A stretch of DNA of 63,758 bases, counting the filler, from Octopus bimaculoides (lineage: Eukaryota): assembly GCF_001194135.2 (NCBI RefSeq). It is 4 parts of 4 records of this genome, joined end to end, with 100 filler letters (N's around TTAATTAATTAA, not from the genome) between each part and the next. Parts side by side here need not be neighbours in the genome. Positions count along the whole stretch, not along the records: positions 56,733 to 63,758 come from NC_068997.1; 3 more parts are not named here. One strand, written 5' to 3'. Numbering within the stretch: position 1 is the first letter of the stretch; the number at the start of each line of letters is the position of its first letter. A program made the translations under genes and the position numbers. Shown piece by piece: positions 61,895-63,758 of this stretch. Below the pieces are notes generated by a model. It had not been told where the DNA came from. It saw only the letters and a program-made list of their open reading frames with translations, and searched no databases.

Positions 61895-62022
61895 CATAAG
61901 TCAGAGGTAAAAGTGAAGTGTTTCGCTCAAGAACACGATGCAAAATTCGATCCAGGAATCGAAACCTCTCTCTTGAGATCGAGAGTCCAACACTCTAATC
62001 ACTACGTCAAGCAATCTCCCTT
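61895..62022 (-). mobile_element. tRNA-derived SINE head with CORE-like segment
   Basis: Minus: GACGTAGTGATTAGAGTGTTGGACTCTCGATC...GGTTTCGATTCCTGG...GTGTTCTTGAGCGAAACACTT. Confidence 0.7.
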
Positions 62023-62186
62023 ATAACAATGACACTGTATTATCTATGTTGTATGGAGCCCTACTTGTTGGCTCCTAATGGTCTCTGCCACAATATAAAT
62101 GGACATAGGCAGAGAGCCTTCAGAGCAAAGAATAGCGTATTGTCGACGGTTATTACTAGTATCTGGAGTAGAACGATTTGCAAGGA

Positions 62187-62187
<1 letters not shown>

Positions 62188-62253
<66 letters not shown>
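62188..62253. repeat. (ATT)n microsatellite
   Basis: Directly visible. Confidence 0.98.
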
Positions 62254-62254
<1 letters not shown>

Positions 62255-62848
62255 CGTTATATCGTNNNNNNNNNNNNNNNNNNNNNNNNNNNNNNNNNNN
62301 NNNNNNNNNNNNNNNNNNNNNNNNNNNNNNNNNNNNNNNNNNNNNNNNNNNNNNNNNNNNNNNNNNNNNNNNNNNNNNNNNNNNNNNNNNNNNNNNNNNN
62401 NNNNNNNNNNNNNNNNNNNNNNNNNNNNNNNNNNNNNNNNNNNNNNNNNNNNNNNNNNNNNNNNNNNNNNNNNNNNNNNNNNNNNNNNNNNNNNNNNNNN
62501 NNNNNNNNNNNNNNNNNNNNNNNNNNNNNNNNNNNNNNNNNNNNNNNNNNNNNNNNNNNNNNNNNNNNNNNNNNNNNNNNNNNNNNNNNNNNNNNNNNNN
62601 NNNNNNNNNNNNNNNNNNNNNNNNNNNNNNNNNNNNNNNNNNNNNNNNNNNNNNNNNNNNNNNNNNNNNNNNNNNNNNNNNNNNNNNNNNNNNNNNNNNN
62701 NNNNNNNNNNNNNNNNNNNNNNNNNNNNNNNNNNNNNNNNNNNNNNNNNNNNNNNNNNNNNNNNNNNNNNNNNNNNNNNNNNNNNNNNNNNNNNNNNNNN
62801 NNNNNNNNNNNNNNNNNNNNNNNNNNNNNNNNNNNNNNNNNNNNNNNN

Positions 62849-62891
<43 letters not shown>

Positions 62892-63145
62892 GTATACGCA
62901 TATATATATATGAATATATATATATGTATATATATATATATGCATATATATATACGTGTGTGTGCGTGTATGCATGTGTGTGTTTCTTTGTTGCATTTTC
63001 GCATCTCTGAATGCAAGGGTTAATTGTATAATGCGCATGCATGTGTGTCTATATGCATGTGTATTTGAAAAGATCACATGCATACACTCTCGTATGCATA
63101 CATATATTTGTGTGTTGGAATATATACATATTCATATATGCGTAT

Positions 63146-63177
<32 letters not shown>

Positions 63178-63498
63178 GTGTGTACACAAATATGTATGTA
63201 AAAATGTATGCACAGACACACACACACATATATATGTGTGTGTACACAAATATGCATGTATGTATATATGTACGCACACACAATACACACATGCAATCGA
63301 CATATGATTCCATGAATCTTTGTGTGTAGCCTGGAGTGTATATAGGTAAATGATTCTATGCATATGTATGTAGATTTCTTTTTCTACGGTGTGCAAATGA
63401 CGTTTGCCAATAACTGTCCATTTGCGAGTGGGCGTGAACACTGAACGCTTGTGTGTATGTGGCGTGTATCTGTGTGTATGTGGCGTTTATCTGTGTGT

Positions 63499-63529
<31 letters not shown>

Positions 63530-63758
63530 AGTGCGTGCGTGCGTATTTTGGTGAAAGTATTTAATCAAAACATGTTCTTGCTGCCAAAATTCAACACAAT
63601 ATTCTGAACCCACAAGTTATTCAGTAAATATCTCAAGATATTTCTAATAATCTCACACAACGACGCACTTATTTGTTAAATTAATAAGTTATTCACCAAA
63701 AATACTGTGGATTTGTGTGGGGTTGGGCGGGGTAGTGAGTGTCTGCTCATATATATAT

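Larger units (their letters stand above)
1..63758. repeat. Dozens of (TA)n, (CA/TG)n, (TATG)n, (GATA)n, (GA)n microsatellites; most N-gaps are flanked by them
   Basis: Directly visible, e.g. 835-945, 12567-12637, 13070-13250, 16530-16990, 54945-55060. Confidence 0.98.

Noticed and set aside
1447-63441. Long ORFs in the track such as 52174-54087, 57824-59242, 62029-62913 and all YIYI/VCVC/HTHT frames
   Set aside because: They are produced by N-gaps and dinucleotide repeats. Only the Penelope part of 52174-54087 is real coding-derived sequence.

Overview
AT-rich, heavily gapped eukaryotic DNA. The SINE families, the dense (TA)n/(CA)n/(TATG)n microsatellites, the N-gaps sitting on TA runs and the TTAATTAATTAA linker islands point to an Octopus-type cephalopod draft assembly (inference from recall, no database search). 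No complete protein-coding gene is recognisable, and almost all ORFs in the track are microsatellite or N-gap artefacts. The window is mostly transposon debris: a 5S rRNA-derived SINE, about 20 tRNA-derived SINE copies with shuffled modules, CR1-, R4/Dong- and RTE-like LINE fragments, two Penelope-like elements (one Naiad-like), Tc1/mariner copies and hAT- and Kolobok-type MITEs. Not explained by these elements: (i) candidate exons of a minus-strand transcript (1.3-1.4 kb; 18.6-19.1 kb), (ii) a TE-poor 44-51 kb domain with a CpG-rich ETS+TATA promoter at about 48.4 kb and splice-flanked segments on both strands, and (iii) long fold-back hairpins at 15.1 and 20.0 kb. I found no evidence for a clearly new multi-gene system. 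The best leads are the structure-conserving 5S SINE, the fold-back hairpins, the putative bidirectional promoter and the Naiad-like element. All family assignments come from remembered motifs and most element boundaries are approximate.
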